DNA from: Oopsacas minuta
Taxonomy: Eukaryota; Animalia; Porifera
Direction of reading: 5' to 3'
Length of the DNA stretch: 64,000 bases
NCBI GenBank assembly: GCA_024704765.1
Contig: JAKMXF010000210.1
Coordinates: 434,001 to 498,000 of the forward strand
Part shown: one piece after another, positions 1 through 11,504 of the stretch
Numbering within the stretch: the stretch's first letter is position 1
Layout of the letters: each line of letters begins with the position of its first letter
The notes under the pieces: generated by a model
What the model saw: only the letters and a program-made list of their open reading frames with translations
The model's database searches: none
Told to the model about the DNA's origin: nothing
Made by a program: the position numbers and the translations under genes

Positions 1-498
1 CATCACTGCAGTACATGCAATCGCTGTGTTCAAAGAATGGATCATCACTGTCCGTGGATTAATAACTGTGTAGGTGCATACAACCAAAAGTTCTTTGTGT
101 TATTCTGTTTTTATATAATGATGGTATCTGCTACCGGTCTGTTAATGTGCTCGATTCACTTCTATGAATGTGCTTCTACCAACTTTAGCGATTGTAATGG
201 TCTCATTACCGGTGCTCCTCATCTAGTGATCATTATACTAGCCGTATTGGAGGGGCTTTTGTTCGTACTTTTCACATTCATAATGTTCTGCTCACAAATA
301 TACGCGATAGCTTATGACGAGACGGGAATTGAGAGACTTAAACACGAAGATGTGGAAAGAGAAACAACATTCATGGAGAGCATGCGAGAAGTGTTTGGAG
401 GTAGAGTTTCCTGGTTTTGGTTGTCACCCTTCAATTCTCTACAAGGAATTCACTATAGAAGGAAACCATACATTGCAGATGATATTTTAGACGTTTGA
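1..498 (+). CDS. DHHC palmitoyltransferase, ZDHHC3/7-like (5' partial)
   Basis: Frame 1 from base 1 reads [25 protein letters not shown] (DHHC-CRD), then TM segments and a DETGIERLK (TTxE-like) motif; stop at 498. Confidence 0.9.
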   Translation, partial: HHCSTCNRCVQRMDHHCPWINNCVGAYNQKFFVLFCFYIMMVSATGLLMCSIHFYECASTNFSDCNGLITGAPHLVIIILAVLEGLLFVLFTFIMFCSQIYAIAYDETGIERLKHEDVERETTFMESMREVFGGRVSWFWLSPFNSLQGIHYRRKPYIADDILDV

Positions 499-703
499 AC
501 AACTGTGAAACAAAGAATCAATTCTATATCTAACTAGTTATCAAGATATACTACTCATAGTAAAGATGTTGTATTAATTTTAATTCGTATACAGAATTCT
601 CAAGTTATTACATTCTATTTACATTATATAATGCAATTTTTCTAAAAATATAATATTTGAATGGATATTTTATTTTAACGCTTCAGTATTGTCAATTTGA
701 GCT

Positions 704-1509
704 ATGTCTGCCACATATCAAGATGAAGACTCTCTCAAGGCTCTGATGCCAATCGATCCCATCCCTCCCCCTCCTATTGCTACCTTCTATTCCGAAAAGG
801 CAGAGAGACAAGGCCTCAAGCGTATCAAGGGATTCAGTCTGGTGTCTGGCGTCTGGCTATTGTCAACTTTCTTCCTGGTGATTGGTCACGCAATCAGCCT
901 TGGTTTCCCTCACTGGATTGCTCAGACAGAAGCAGTGCTATCTCCTAACCCAGCTAAAGTTGGTATTGTAGGTTTGGAGTACACACCAAATGACATCCTT
1001 CAGTATATATCCTACCTATCCCTAGACGGTGCAGACCTGGGTAATACTATTTTTCAATATTATTAATTTATAGTAGCAGTATTTCATATTACATATATTT
1101 AGCTTCAACTGATGTCCCTGGTGCCTTTACTGCTACAGCTGTTCTCTACTGTACTGGCAGTGCTGTACTATTCCTGTCTGGAATATTTATCATTATCGGG
1201 ATGCTGATACCTAAGATACGCGCTCTTAACAACTTCTCAATATTTGCAATCAGTTATGTATTACAGTTAATATCTCTCATTACTCTAATTGTCGGTCTTA
1301 TTGTGTACCCGATTGGTTTTGGGAATACTTTCGTTACTCAGTTCTGCTTTACCTCCACGCCCTTCAACACTGGAACCTGTATTATTGACTGGGCTTACAT
1401 CCTTGGTATGGTTTTCACTGCGGCTACATCATTTCTACCCCCGCTTGCTATTTTCTCAATGAACGTAGTAGACGATCTCCCCTTCATATGTGCTAAGCCT
1501 AACTTCTAA
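704..1509 (+). CDS. LHFPL/TMHS-like tetraspan membrane protein, 2 exons
   Basis: Exons 704..1040 and 1103..1509 (GT-AG intron of 62 nt, phase 1) join two ORF-track pieces into 247 aa. YPIGF...C...G.CIIDWAY matches the LHFPL family pattern. Confidence 0.75.
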
Positions 1510-1828
1510 TAGGTAACCCTTTCACTATCATGACTTCTCTCTTATTTATTTTTCTATACTCTTTTTCCTTATATATGTCTAACTTTGAATTCTTACCTTT
1601 CTTACTCATTTTCACTAATAGCATTTATTATAGAATAAATTTACTTATATTTATTTAAAGTATCTTATAGTCACCACGTATTAACGTACTAACGTATTAA
1701 TGAAGTAATGTTAAATGAGGAAGCATTGAAGGGGGATAATAGCTAATAATGCGTGCTTACTTAACCTAGCCTCTCACTTCATCGTATATAATTAATGTAA
1801 TATAGATTAGAACTAATTAGGAATTTTA

Positions 1829-2296
1829 ATGGCATCAAAAGCTGAGGAATTCTCTCTACCAATGGCCTGCATAAATCGTATTATCAAGGAAAGCCTGCCT
1901 GATGGTACTATTGTCTCTAAAGAAGCTAAGTTAGCTTTAATGAAAGCTACATGTGTTTTTATACTTTACTCTACTTCAGTTAGTAACGAATTTGCTTCAA
2001 AAGCTCATCGTAGGACGCTCAACGCTGAAGATATGTTTCAAGCATTAGAGGATATGGAGTTAAATGAGTTTATTCCTGATTTAAGAGAGATGTTGGAAAC
2101 TAACAAATCGAGCAAAGCCAAAAAACAAACTTCTAGTAGAAAATCAAAATATTCTGAAATGGATCCAGATGGGGATCCTATCGAATCTGGAGAAGTTGAG
2201 GTGATGGAAGTGGAGGAGAGATTGCAATCTGATGATATATTCAGTGAAGAACCAGTATCTGGAGCAATGGGGATGGATAATAGTCAGAAATTTTGA
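1829..2296 (+). CDS. POLE3: DNA polymerase epsilon subunit 3 / CHRAC17 (histone fold)
   Basis: LPMACINRIIKESLPDG..VSKEAK.A...FILY.TS...TLNAEDMF.ALEDME histone fold followed by an acidic tail. Confidence 0.9.
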   Translation: MASKAEEFSLPMACINRIIKESLPDGTIVSKEAKLALMKATCVFILYSTSVSNEFASKAHRRTLNAEDMFQALEDMELNEFIPDLREMLETNKSSKAKKQTSSRKSKYSEMDPDGDPIESGEVEVMEVEERLQSDDIFSEEPVSGAMGMDNSQKF

Positions 2297-2726
2297 TTGT
2301 GAAGAAGAATACAAGGTTTACTTTGTAAGAATCTCTTTTTGATTTCAAAAAGGAAGGCATTCATTACTTCTATAACTACTCTAATTGGGTTAATTTCGTT
2401 CAGTTTAACATTCAATGACTGAATTTGTATTGAAACACCCGAGATCCATAGTATAAATCTTGTAACCATAAAAAGCAATAATTGTCTTCCGAATGGAGCA
2501 TTTTGTTGACAATATTATCTAGTGATTCTAGTAAACATTTTATTCGGACAAAATGTGCTATTAGTTAACATCTGTCTAAAACGAACCGTCAGTATAGCCT
2601 GAATTTTGAGGCGAATTAATACTCATTAATATATTTAAGAAATTTCTTGTCATTGTGACATTATCTTGTATTCTTTATTGACTACTTATTTATCAGAATA
2701 ATTTGTCAGAAACATAGGATAGGCAA

Positions 2727-4469
2727 ATGACATTTGTCAATGATATTAATCTGTTCACACAAATAGAAGATAGTATAGTAACAGGATCACTACCAGAACA
2801 ATTACCATTATTAATTAAAGTTAATTCAGATCGTATCTTAAAACATAAATATTCTAACGGCCTCACTGCTATTCATCTTGCTGTACTATACAAACGGGAG
2901 AATCTCCTGAAGCTTCTTCTTTCTCTAGAGCATAGTGATGCGAACTGCAAGGTTGAATTCGGTCTGACTCCACTACATTTTGTATTAAGTAAACCACAAA
3001 GATTCACAACGTTACTTTCATACTATAATAAACTGAATATATACCCAACGCTTGGAGAGAGGAGAATGGTAGTTTCACTTATAAAATTGTTAGTTGATTA
3101 TGGTAGTGCTAGATTGCTACGTTGTGAGCATAACTTCAGTGTTCTATCTCTTGCTGTGATTACAAAAATGGATATCGTTAAAAATACAATCATGCATTAT
3201 TTCGATTTGGAAGTTAACAACCTTTTCGATTATTTTAATATTCTAGCTTATACCATAATTGATCCAAAATGTATACATACGCTCATCAATGTTTGCAGGA
3301 AGCGTATTGCCTTCTTGGTTAAACAGGGTCTCCCTATTGATTACACGTTAGTTGAGATTGATTATAGTTGGATTTTGCTTTGGGAGAAAATTCAATCTTG
3401 TTTTACAGTTGATCATAGTCTTGATATATTGAAAGGAGTCAATTTCAGGCTTCTTTGTCTACACAAAAGTATAGACATAAGGAATGAGGGCTTGTTTGGC
3501 GAGGTAGCTCAAAGGTTTATATACGGTTATTCTTCAGTTATGAAAGATATTCCAGTACTGTTGAAAAAATATGATTTATCCATAATTTCACGATCTCTAT
3601 ACCTCAATATTATCTTGTCTTTAGAAAGTACTCTTTTGCCCACATCTTTTTCTTTCAATACCCAACGTGTTTCTTGGACGAATGACTTGAACGGCGATTT
3701 ATGGCAATCCCACTGTAAGTTATGGCAATCAGTCTTCGACCACTTGAATATTCTATGGCAACATGATCCTGGTAAATTCGATATTACTCCAATCGTAGAT
3801 ACTCTGTTCAAATTCTTTGATGAACGTCTCGTTTATATATTTAAGCCAAATTTTCTATTTGCTTCAGATGCTAAAGTCCCTGCTCGCATAAGCTTCAATT
3901 TTCTATGTGTTTACACAACATTATTCCTTTATTTGTCTAAAGAATTTTCAACTTATTACAAGTCTAATAGTTATGACAGGTTTTACAGATACTTACAAAT
4001 CATAATTCACTCGTCACGATCTAAGACGTACCTCATTAATTTGTTGATTCACCCTGTTAACTACGAACGTACTTTCGAAAAGTACAATGTTTCCATGACA
4101 GATGCAATTTCATTTCTTCTTCTGTACAATTTGGATGTTAATCACAGAAGTATTATTGATGGGAAAACTTTCCTTCATGAAGTAACCCATCAATCGATCA
4201 ATCCTCTTCCCTTAGTAAAGTTCTTACTTAGTGTTGGTGTATACCCGTTTTCACTTGACAGCGAAGGGAACTTATTCTACCATTATTTTAGTGAGTCCGA
4301 TCAAAACGAGATTGTAAAACTTCCATCTTTACAACGCCCTTACCCGTTACAAACTCTTTGTTGTAAGTTCCTTGTTGGAGAGTCAGAAAATGTGGAGAAT
4401 TTTCGGACATTATTGCCTCCACCTGTTTATACCTTTCTGAAACTTCACACAAAATTTACTGATGTATAA
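2727..4469 (+). CDS. Ankyrin-repeat protein with C-terminal BC/VHL-SOCS-type box (divergent FEM1-like)
   Basis: N-terminal ankyrin repeats (GLTAIHLAV, GLTPLHFV), a C-terminal ankyrin (GKTFLHEV...LLSVG...DSEGN), and a terminal PLQTLCCKFL...LLPPPVYTFLKLH box. Confidence 0.65.
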   Translation: MTFVNDINLFTQIEDSIVTGSLPEQLPLLIKVNSDRILKHKYSNGLTAIHLAVLYKRENLLKLLLSLEHSDANCKVEFGLTPLHFVLSKPQRFTTLLSYYNKLNIYPTLGERRMVVSLIKLLVDYGSARLLRCEHNFSVLSLAVITKMDIVKNTIMHYFDLEVNNLFDYFNILAYTIIDPKCIHTLINVCRKRIAFLVKQGLPIDYTLVEIDYSWILLWEKIQSCFTVDHSLDILKGVNFRLLCLHKSIDIRNEGLFGEVAQRFIYGYSSVMKDIPVLLKKYDLSIISRSLYLNIILSLESTLLPTSFSFNTQRVSWTNDLNGDLWQSHCKLWQSVFDHLNILWQHDPGKFDITPIVDTLFKFFDERLVYIFKPNFLFASDAKVPARISFNFLCVYTTLFLYLSKEFSTYYKSNSYDRFYRYLQIIIHSSRSKTYLINLLIHPVNYERTFEKYNVSMTDAISFLLLYNLDVNHRSIIDGKTFLHEVTHQSINPLPLVKFLLSVGVYPFSLDSEGNLFYHYFSESDQNEIVKLPSLQRPYPLQTLCCKFLVGESENVENFRTLLPPPVYTFLKLHTKFTDV

Positions 4470-6051
4470 CATTATACTGTTTGAAATATTTTATCTTTTT
4501 GATTAGCACTTTGTATATATTTCATTTGTATATTTCTTACCCACATATTACTCAAAGTTATAAAGATTATTGAAGTGCATTTCAGGAAATACATCATTTT
4601 CATGATACCAGTACTTGTTCAAGATTTATTAATATACTTATTACTCTCTAACTTAAATCACCACCCAGGCCTCAGTAGTCAGCACCAAATTACCTTATTT
4701 GTCCACAAAAACTCTTATAAAACTACCATATTTTTTATTCGCTTTTTATTGATGATAAATCACGATATCATTCGCACAGTTTGACCTTCTCTGGGCAGGT
4801 TTTTTGTTCATGCAAACAACCAGATCAGATTAGGTGATATAATAATCCAGTTTAATCACATGAGAATGTCATAATAACTGCTTCTTGTGTTTCATGCCCT
4901 GGAAATATCTAATCTAATTGGATGCTTAGGCTTAATATACCGAAACTTATTCTATAATTTATATCCTTACAATCTCAGTATGCTGAATAGGAATCCTATC
5001 CTATCAATCAGCTCACTTAATATATTACGGCTTGTTCGTCTATTCACAAGGAATTTATATATACTACTACAGTAATTTAGGTATAAGCCTGCAGCATTTG
5101 ATTTTGACATATTGTCACTGATAATAGCCTTTAAGAGCTTTCAATATTTGCAATTACAAGGTAAATATGAATATATGTATAACATCAAAATAACTCGATA
5201 GCTTATACAATCCGCAATCTCAATGCCCGTTACTCAAACATCTCGAACAGATTTTGATTTGCTAAAAGATTCGAGATACAGAATCTGTTTGATAACTATA
5301 ATTCATGTAAATAGAATGTACAAGAGTGGAGAGTTAATGTAAGCTGTATTGAACAAAGAGATTAATATCGAATGCTTGATTAATTGAGAGAAAATATAAA
5401 TAAATAAATAATTCTTGATATTGTAGTAATGTTCTAAGCTTTCCTTCTTAGAACATTTGTTTGGCCCGAGAGGAGCAAACAACTCACGAACTTATCATAT
5501 TTCAACATTTTAATATCTACTTATGAGTTTAGCATTACCTGAAGTATTTACCTTGAATATTATGTAGAGCATTCCCTCACTATAATTAGTACTAATTCTA
5601 CGTGATTACATCATAGGGAACTTTTCAGTCCGTTCTATATTACGTAACAATAATTAGTAATGTCATGTTTGGAAATCCCGATTTCACTTGCCTAATGCTT
5701 ACATAGAATCTCCATATGGCATCAAGTATGATTAGGTCCGCTTCATTTTGTATTTATAGCTTCATTGTTTTGTTCACTCTTATGCCATATGTATCATATT
5801 ATGGAACTTTCTCTTATTGATTGAATGAATACCTCTATAAATGTGTGATTAGGCTTCTATCCTATATTTTGACGTTTGTAATAATTGTTTTGAACCCATT
5901 TATACAGTGATAATATTGCAATTCTAAGTTCTCTTAGTATTCTGCAAATTGTTTGTTAGTAGAGCAATGTATTGGACTGAAACCGTTAAATAGTGTTTAG
6001 CTTCATATGCTTACTATATAGATAATTAGCTTAATTAATATTTAGCTATTA

Positions 6052-8616
6052 ATGGCATCTAATGAACCACTTGATGAGAAATCGAATTATTCTCAATCTA
6101 ACAATTATCTCCCTACACGTACTGTGCCATTCTTCAGTCCAGATACTCAGAAACTTAAACTACGTTTGAAACATACGAGAAGAGCGAAATCAGTGCACAA
6201 CACGCCATACAGAAGATACGATTCTCAGTTTCATAACTCGCATGCTATTCAGATAGAGGATAGAATTAACGGATCTTCTAATCCACGGGTATCTTCTTTC
6301 ATACATCCTTCTACCAGATCTGTTCCTCAGATTTCTCCAGCTAGAAATGAGGAACTATCAGATGATTCTAACGAATTCCTTGGTAACAATTTCGTTGTCA
6401 TAAAGAATCCAATTGACCACGCTAAGTATGAAAACAATCACAAATTCGGAATGTTGAAATGGAAGAGTCATCTCGCAGTTCGTCCCTTAGCAGAGAGATC
6501 TCCTCAGGTCCAAGCTCTCTACCATCCTACTCATGAGACGCCAATGCATGTGAAGATAAATGCATGTAATACTTTTGGTAACATCGTATACTGCTTGTTA
6601 TTTGGGTGGTGGGTAGCTTTTATCTATCTGATAGCTGGAGTTATAATGTTTATGACTATTTGCGGGTATCGATACGGATTTTATTGTTTTCAACTTTCTA
6701 AATACTTCCTTTGGCCTTTTGGAAAGTTCATTTACGTACCTTCTACGAGTAGATGTCCTACTAGGTCCCAAGGGACACTACGCTCCAGGTATGAGAGTTT
6801 AGAGCTCTCACATTCTACAGATAATATACAGTATGAATCCATTTCTAGACCTGCACGTTTGGTTGAAGAAGGGAAACTTTCATCTGAACAGGCTGATGAT
6901 AACGTCACTAACCCCCTCCTACAGAGTGGTATAAAGAACAATGATAGCGAGGAGGAAATGAGATTTTCAAGCTATAGATCCTCCACATACATGCAACGTG
7001 CCCGCAAAATGTGTAGGATTCCTAACATATGTAAATATCCTCAGTTTTGGATGTGGGCTATCATCAGCTTACCATTTCTCTTCTTGATACATCTAATCTT
7101 ATTCATTATTACTTGGGCATTTATCGTGAGTATCCCTGTTGCTAAAATTCACAGAACTGCTATGTTTAAGTTACTTCTCCTCGATCCCAGAACGACACAA
7201 ATTAAGAATTCAGATTGGATCCTTGATAACTCAGAGCATGATGTTGTTCTATGTACTTACCAAGCTTTTTCTCGCTACTACATCAAATACACTGTAGATG
7301 GTATGAACGTTATAATGTTCAATATGTTTTTCTTGGTGATAATCGCACTGGTTTTCAACTACACGATAGACTATATGAATGTCACTCCACAAGCATCTCA
7401 CTGGATTAAATTCATAATATCAGTTTTTGGAGTTATTCCGCTTGCATACTACATTGGAATGGCAATTGCAAGTATTTCTGCACAAAGTACGTATGCAGTA
7501 GGCGCTGTATTGAATGCTACATTTGGCTCTATCGTAGAAATAACGCTTTATATTGCAACTCTCGTACATGGTAAGTCTCAGAATACTCTTAAATGCACTC
7601 AGTCTATTGTTAAGAACTCCCTCACTGGCTCACTACTATTAACCATGCTTTTGCTACCAGGACTCTGTATGGTCGTTGGTGGTATTAAGTACCCTGAACA
7701 GAACTTCAATGCCCGATCAGCTGGCGTAAGCTCTACTCTGCTATTCGTATCTATTGTGGGAGCTTTTGCTCCTACTTTCTTTAATAAAGCTTTCGGGACT
7801 TATACTTGCGATAGCTGTGAATGGCTTTACGCTAACTCAACGAACATAACAAATAATATGAATGCCACGCAGCATATAACATACATTAATAGTCCAGATA
7901 GTAATATTAGTAAGTCAGTAAATGCTACCAGTTTTCAATGCCAAGCTTGTATCTACTTGACTTCGGAATACACATTTCTCAAGGCAAAATATCTGGCTTT
8001 TGTGTGTATGGCTCTGTTACCAATTGCTTACTTTGCTGGGATGATTTATAGCTTGAAGACTCACGACCATATCTACAAGAATACGCCGGAATCTCAGGAA
8101 AAGGAACACTCTCCACACTGGGGTAGGCTGAAAAGCACGTTTATTCTCGTATTGATGACTATATTAATGTCTCTTCTAGCTGATACTATTGCAGAGAATG
8201 TTATGCATGTCCTGGGTAGTGTTGATTTCATAACTCCAGCATTTCTCGGATCCACTATTTACGCGATACTCCCGGATGTCCCTGAACTAGTTACCGGAAT
8301 ACAATTTGCCTTGCAAGGCATTATATCTTTGAGTATCGAGGTCGGAAACCAAATTGCGGTTCAGATCTGCTTGCTTCAAATACCTGTCCTAATACTTGCA
8401 GACATAATATATCCTCAACTCGGATTTGTATTGCTATTTAATGACCTTCAGCTCTTCTCAGTATTAATGAGTGTACTGGTTATTAACTATATCTTCTCAG
8501 ACTCTAAAACTGATTATTTCCAAGGAACTTCCTTGTTGATTATCTACCTCATAATGTTAACTGTGATTTTCTTATCGCCAGATTCCAGTGCTGATAAATG
8601 CATTGCAACTGAATGA
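6052..8616 (+). CDS. Type II cation/H+ exchanger (CAX/VNX1-like) with YccF-type domain
   Basis: NTFGNIVYCLLFGWW...FLWPFGK N-terminal domain; exchanger alpha-repeats LNATFGSIVE and GNQIAVQICL; about 13 TM segments; single exon. Confidence 0.88.
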   Translation: MASNEPLDEKSNYSQSNNYLPTRTVPFFSPDTQKLKLRLKHTRRAKSVHNTPYRRYDSQFHNSHAIQIEDRINGSSNPRVSSFIHPSTRSVPQISPARNEELSDDSNEFLGNNFVVIKNPIDHAKYENNHKFGMLKWKSHLAVRPLAERSPQVQALYHPTHETPMHVKINACNTFGNIVYCLLFGWWVAFIYLIAGVIMFMTICGYRYGFYCFQLSKYFLWPFGKFIYVPSTSRCPTRSQGTLRSRYESLELSHSTDNIQYESISRPARLVEEGKLSSEQADDNVTNPLLQSGIKNNDSEEEMRFSSYRSSTYMQRARKMCRIPNICKYPQFWMWAIISLPFLFLIHLILFIITWAFIVSIPVAKIHRTAMFKLLLLDPRTTQIKNSDWILDNSEHDVVLCTYQAFSRYYIKYTVDGMNVIMFNMFFLVIIALVFNYTIDYMNVTPQASHWIKFIISVFGVIPLAYYIGMAIASISAQSTYAVGAVLNATFGSIVEITLYIATLVHGKSQNTLKCTQSIVKNSLTGSLLLTMLLLPGLCMVVGGIKYPEQNFNARSAGVSSTLLFVSIVGAFAPTFFNKAFGTYTCDSCEWLYANSTNITNNMNATQHITYINSPDSNISKSVNATSFQCQACIYLTSEYTFLKAKYLAFVCMALLPIAYFAGMIYSLKTHDHIYKNTPESQEKEHSPHWGRLKSTFILVLMTILMSLLADTIAENVMHVLGSVDFITPAFLGSTIYAILPDVPELVTGIQFALQGIISLSIEVGNQIAVQICLLQIPVLILADIIYPQLGFVLLFNDLQLFSVLMSVLVINYIFSDSKTDYFQGTSLLIIYLIMLTVIFLSPDSSADKCIATE

Positions 8617-8918
8617 CTCTCAGCAATCGATATAACAGTTGAATGACGTTTTAACTTTTTATTAGATATTACTTGTATAAAATTGCATATCTTGAGTATG
8701 TAAATGATTCTAAGAATTTTGTTTAAAGTTTATCAGAATGTGTATTGTTGTATATTTATGCTTAGAACTTGTATATTAAATTATTTTAATTAGCAGCTAG
8801 TTATTAATATTAATTTCCCTTTATTTATTCACAAATATCATCATTACAGCATTATTTAGTAAATAACAAACAAATATGCAAAATATGCAGTGTATCATAG
8901 GGCATACATAGTAAATTT

Positions 8919-9260
8919 CTAATAATCGTAATACCAATCAGTATCCATATCCATATCCATATCCATATCCAATATTTCAAAGCCTGCTTTTTGATATTTC
9001 AATTCCTCAACCTCCTTTCGAAGCTCACTGAGCTCAAACATGAGAGTGTCTATCTCTCTCAATTTATTTGGTATTTTTGTTCTAGAACGTTCGAATTTCT
9101 TCTTGCTATATTCACAGATTTTCACTCTTCTTCTCTCATATTTGATAGACCTTTTCTGGCCCTCATCAAGGGCATTGTCTTTGAAGTATTTGTTCAATTT
9201 CTTTATTTCCCATCCTGTAAATTGTTCATAGGGAAAGGTAATTCCTAATTTGCTTGCCAT
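8919..9260 (-). CDS. Small degenerate Maf-like bZIP protein
   Basis: FPYEQFTGWEIKKLNKY...IKYERRRVKICEYS aligns by eye to the Maf extended homology and basic regions, followed by a heptad zipper and a (DM)4 tail from an ATATCC repeat at 8947..8970. Confidence 0.6.
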   Translation of the reverse strand: MASKLGITFPYEQFTGWEIKKLNKYFKDNALDEGQKRSIKYERRRVKICEYSKKKFERSRTKIPNKLREIDTLMFELSELRKEVEELKYQKAGFEILDMDMDMDMDTDWYYDY

Positions 9261-9636
9261 CTCAATTGATAATTTCTTTTTGATGATCTTTCTGAGTATT
9301 TTTCTTCTGTTCTTGTTAAGAAGTATTTATATATTTTTTGGATTGTAAATTCCATCTCTACACGCTTTAGCTTAATAATTTGCCTGGAGTAGAGCTGATG
9401 GTTTCTGGTTTGGTATTGTTATATATCCTTTGCGAATAATCCATCAATTCTATGTATATATGCGCTGTGTAAACACGGTTAATCTGTATGTAATTTTATA
9501 AAAAACGAACATATTCACTTCGCAAAATTCATTTTATATTACTTAATGTGAATTCTGCGAAGCAGCGATTCTCAAGGTATCAAATGCCGCGATTTTCTTC
9601 CTGAAATGTGTTAACAAATATTTGTTGTTAGAATTT

Positions 9637-11148
9637 ATGGCAGCAAAGGTTACCACATTATCATATGGAATCCACACAATTGTTTTACCACATCAAACGC
9701 CACATTGGGAAGAAATTTCAAAACTCCTCACAGAGATTAAAAGCAAGCCTACAATGGATATGACAGAATTCGTTAAATTGTATAGATCCATTTATTCAAT
9801 ACCTGAAGCTCAATTATTACAGCCACCATTGAAGAATTTGAAACAAGCGAGTATGGCGAAATCTGAACCCGGCAGCTTAATTACTCAACTCCTACCTTAC
9901 ATTGCTGACCTAGCTTTGCGTGTAGATTTTCTGTTTCCAGAGCCAATTCCCTTATTAGCCCAAGGAATGCAACATACTGCTTGTGTAAGTCGTTTACAAA
10001 TAGCTTGTCTGCTTGCTAATGCTTTATTCAATACGATTCCAACTCAAGGACAAAACATGCAGACCTTGACGTTAGTTGATCTCTTAAATCTCTCATTCTT
10101 TACAAGTCAGATCTCCAAGTTGACTTGCATCATGGAGTATTTTAGGAGAATACGAGAGCACGAGCTTAAGGACGACTTAGACTATTTGAAGAGAAATATA
10201 AGCGTAGAACGTAGATTATTATTTTCTGCCAAAACACCATGCTTCAGTGAGTCTACAGTACCACTGAGCGCGTTTAAATCGTTTTCAACTGGCTTAATAG
10301 AAGATGCACACGGTTGTTTGCAAGCAGATTTCGCGAATCAGTATATTGGCGGAGGAGTACTGACTACAGGAAATGTACAGGAAGAGATTCGTTTCGTTGT
10401 CAGTCCAGAATGCCTGTTTTCTCTTTTAGTATGTGAAGTTATGCTTCCTAATGAAGCGATAATTATCACAGGTATGTTATTAGAAGTGAAACCATCAACA
10501 ACAAACAAACAAACAAACAAACAAACAAACGAACAAATATACAAACAAACAAAATTAATTGATTTAAATCACAAATAAATATAATGTATTTTAGGTGCTG
10601 AAAAGTTCTCAAATTACTCTGGCTATGGCGGCAATTTTAGATTTGAAGGTCCATGTATTGATAATAATCCAGTTGATCAAAACAACCGTTCTCTTACGTC
10701 AATTGTTTGTATTGACGCGTTAGAGGGGTGTGGTGGGATTAAGGATCAGTGCAGTATAATACCTTTTAAAAGAGAGTTAATTAAATCTTTCTGTGGATTC
10801 TCTTGCGATGAGGTGTTATCAAAAGATGGCGAAAATTTTCATAGACTTCCTGTAGCTTCTGGTAACTGGGGGTGTGGGATGTTTGGAGGAAATAAGGAAG
10901 TTAAGACTATAATACAATGGATATCCGCTTCTCTATCTGGTCGTGATTTATACTATTTTACTTTCAATGATAAAAATCTTACTGCAAAACAAGAGGAATT
11001 TGTGAAGATCTGTATAGATAATAAACTGACTGTTGGAGACCTGTACAATTACTGTATTGAGTTTGGGGGGAAAGATACGGAGGAAGTTAGCATATTTGAA
11101 TATATCTATTACAAGTTTCCTAAAAAGGAACAAATGATATGTGACTGA
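9637..11148 (+). CDS. PARG: Poly(ADP-ribose) glycohydrolase, 2 exons
   Basis: Catalytic GGGVLTTGNVQEEIRF. Exons 9637..10471 and 10595..11148 restore ITGAEKFSNYSGYG and give GNWGCGMFGG; 462 aa. Confidence 0.93.
10497..10552. repeat. (CAAA)n microsatellite in PARG intron
   Basis: Directly visible ACAA/CAAA tandem run. Confidence 0.9.
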
Positions 11149-11504
11149 TTCCACTAATTTAGTACAGAGCGTGAACGATAGAGATAAATTTATTTTAGAT
11201 AAATAAATTATTATTATTCTCTCATTTTTGTCAAGTATTGTTGTTTGTTTGTATATTTGTTTATATTCTTCTACGTACATACAAGACCGCTAAGAGCATC
11301 AGGTCATGATAACACATGTGCATATTTATGTGATCTACATTTTCAGTACTATCTTAATATTTGATTACATATCCACCAAACTTGTGTACCCTTTTCTGAC
11401 CCAATTACAGCATGTTTACATACATTTACATGTTGTATCAACGTAGAAACTTACTTATCCACCACAGACTAGGTATTTAAATATTATGATTTTCTGAGAT
11501 CATT

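Noticed and set aside
4500-6050. Hidden gene in the 1.5-kb gap before the CAX gene
   Set aside because: Trial exon translations on both strands hit stops; short ORFs there lack motifs.
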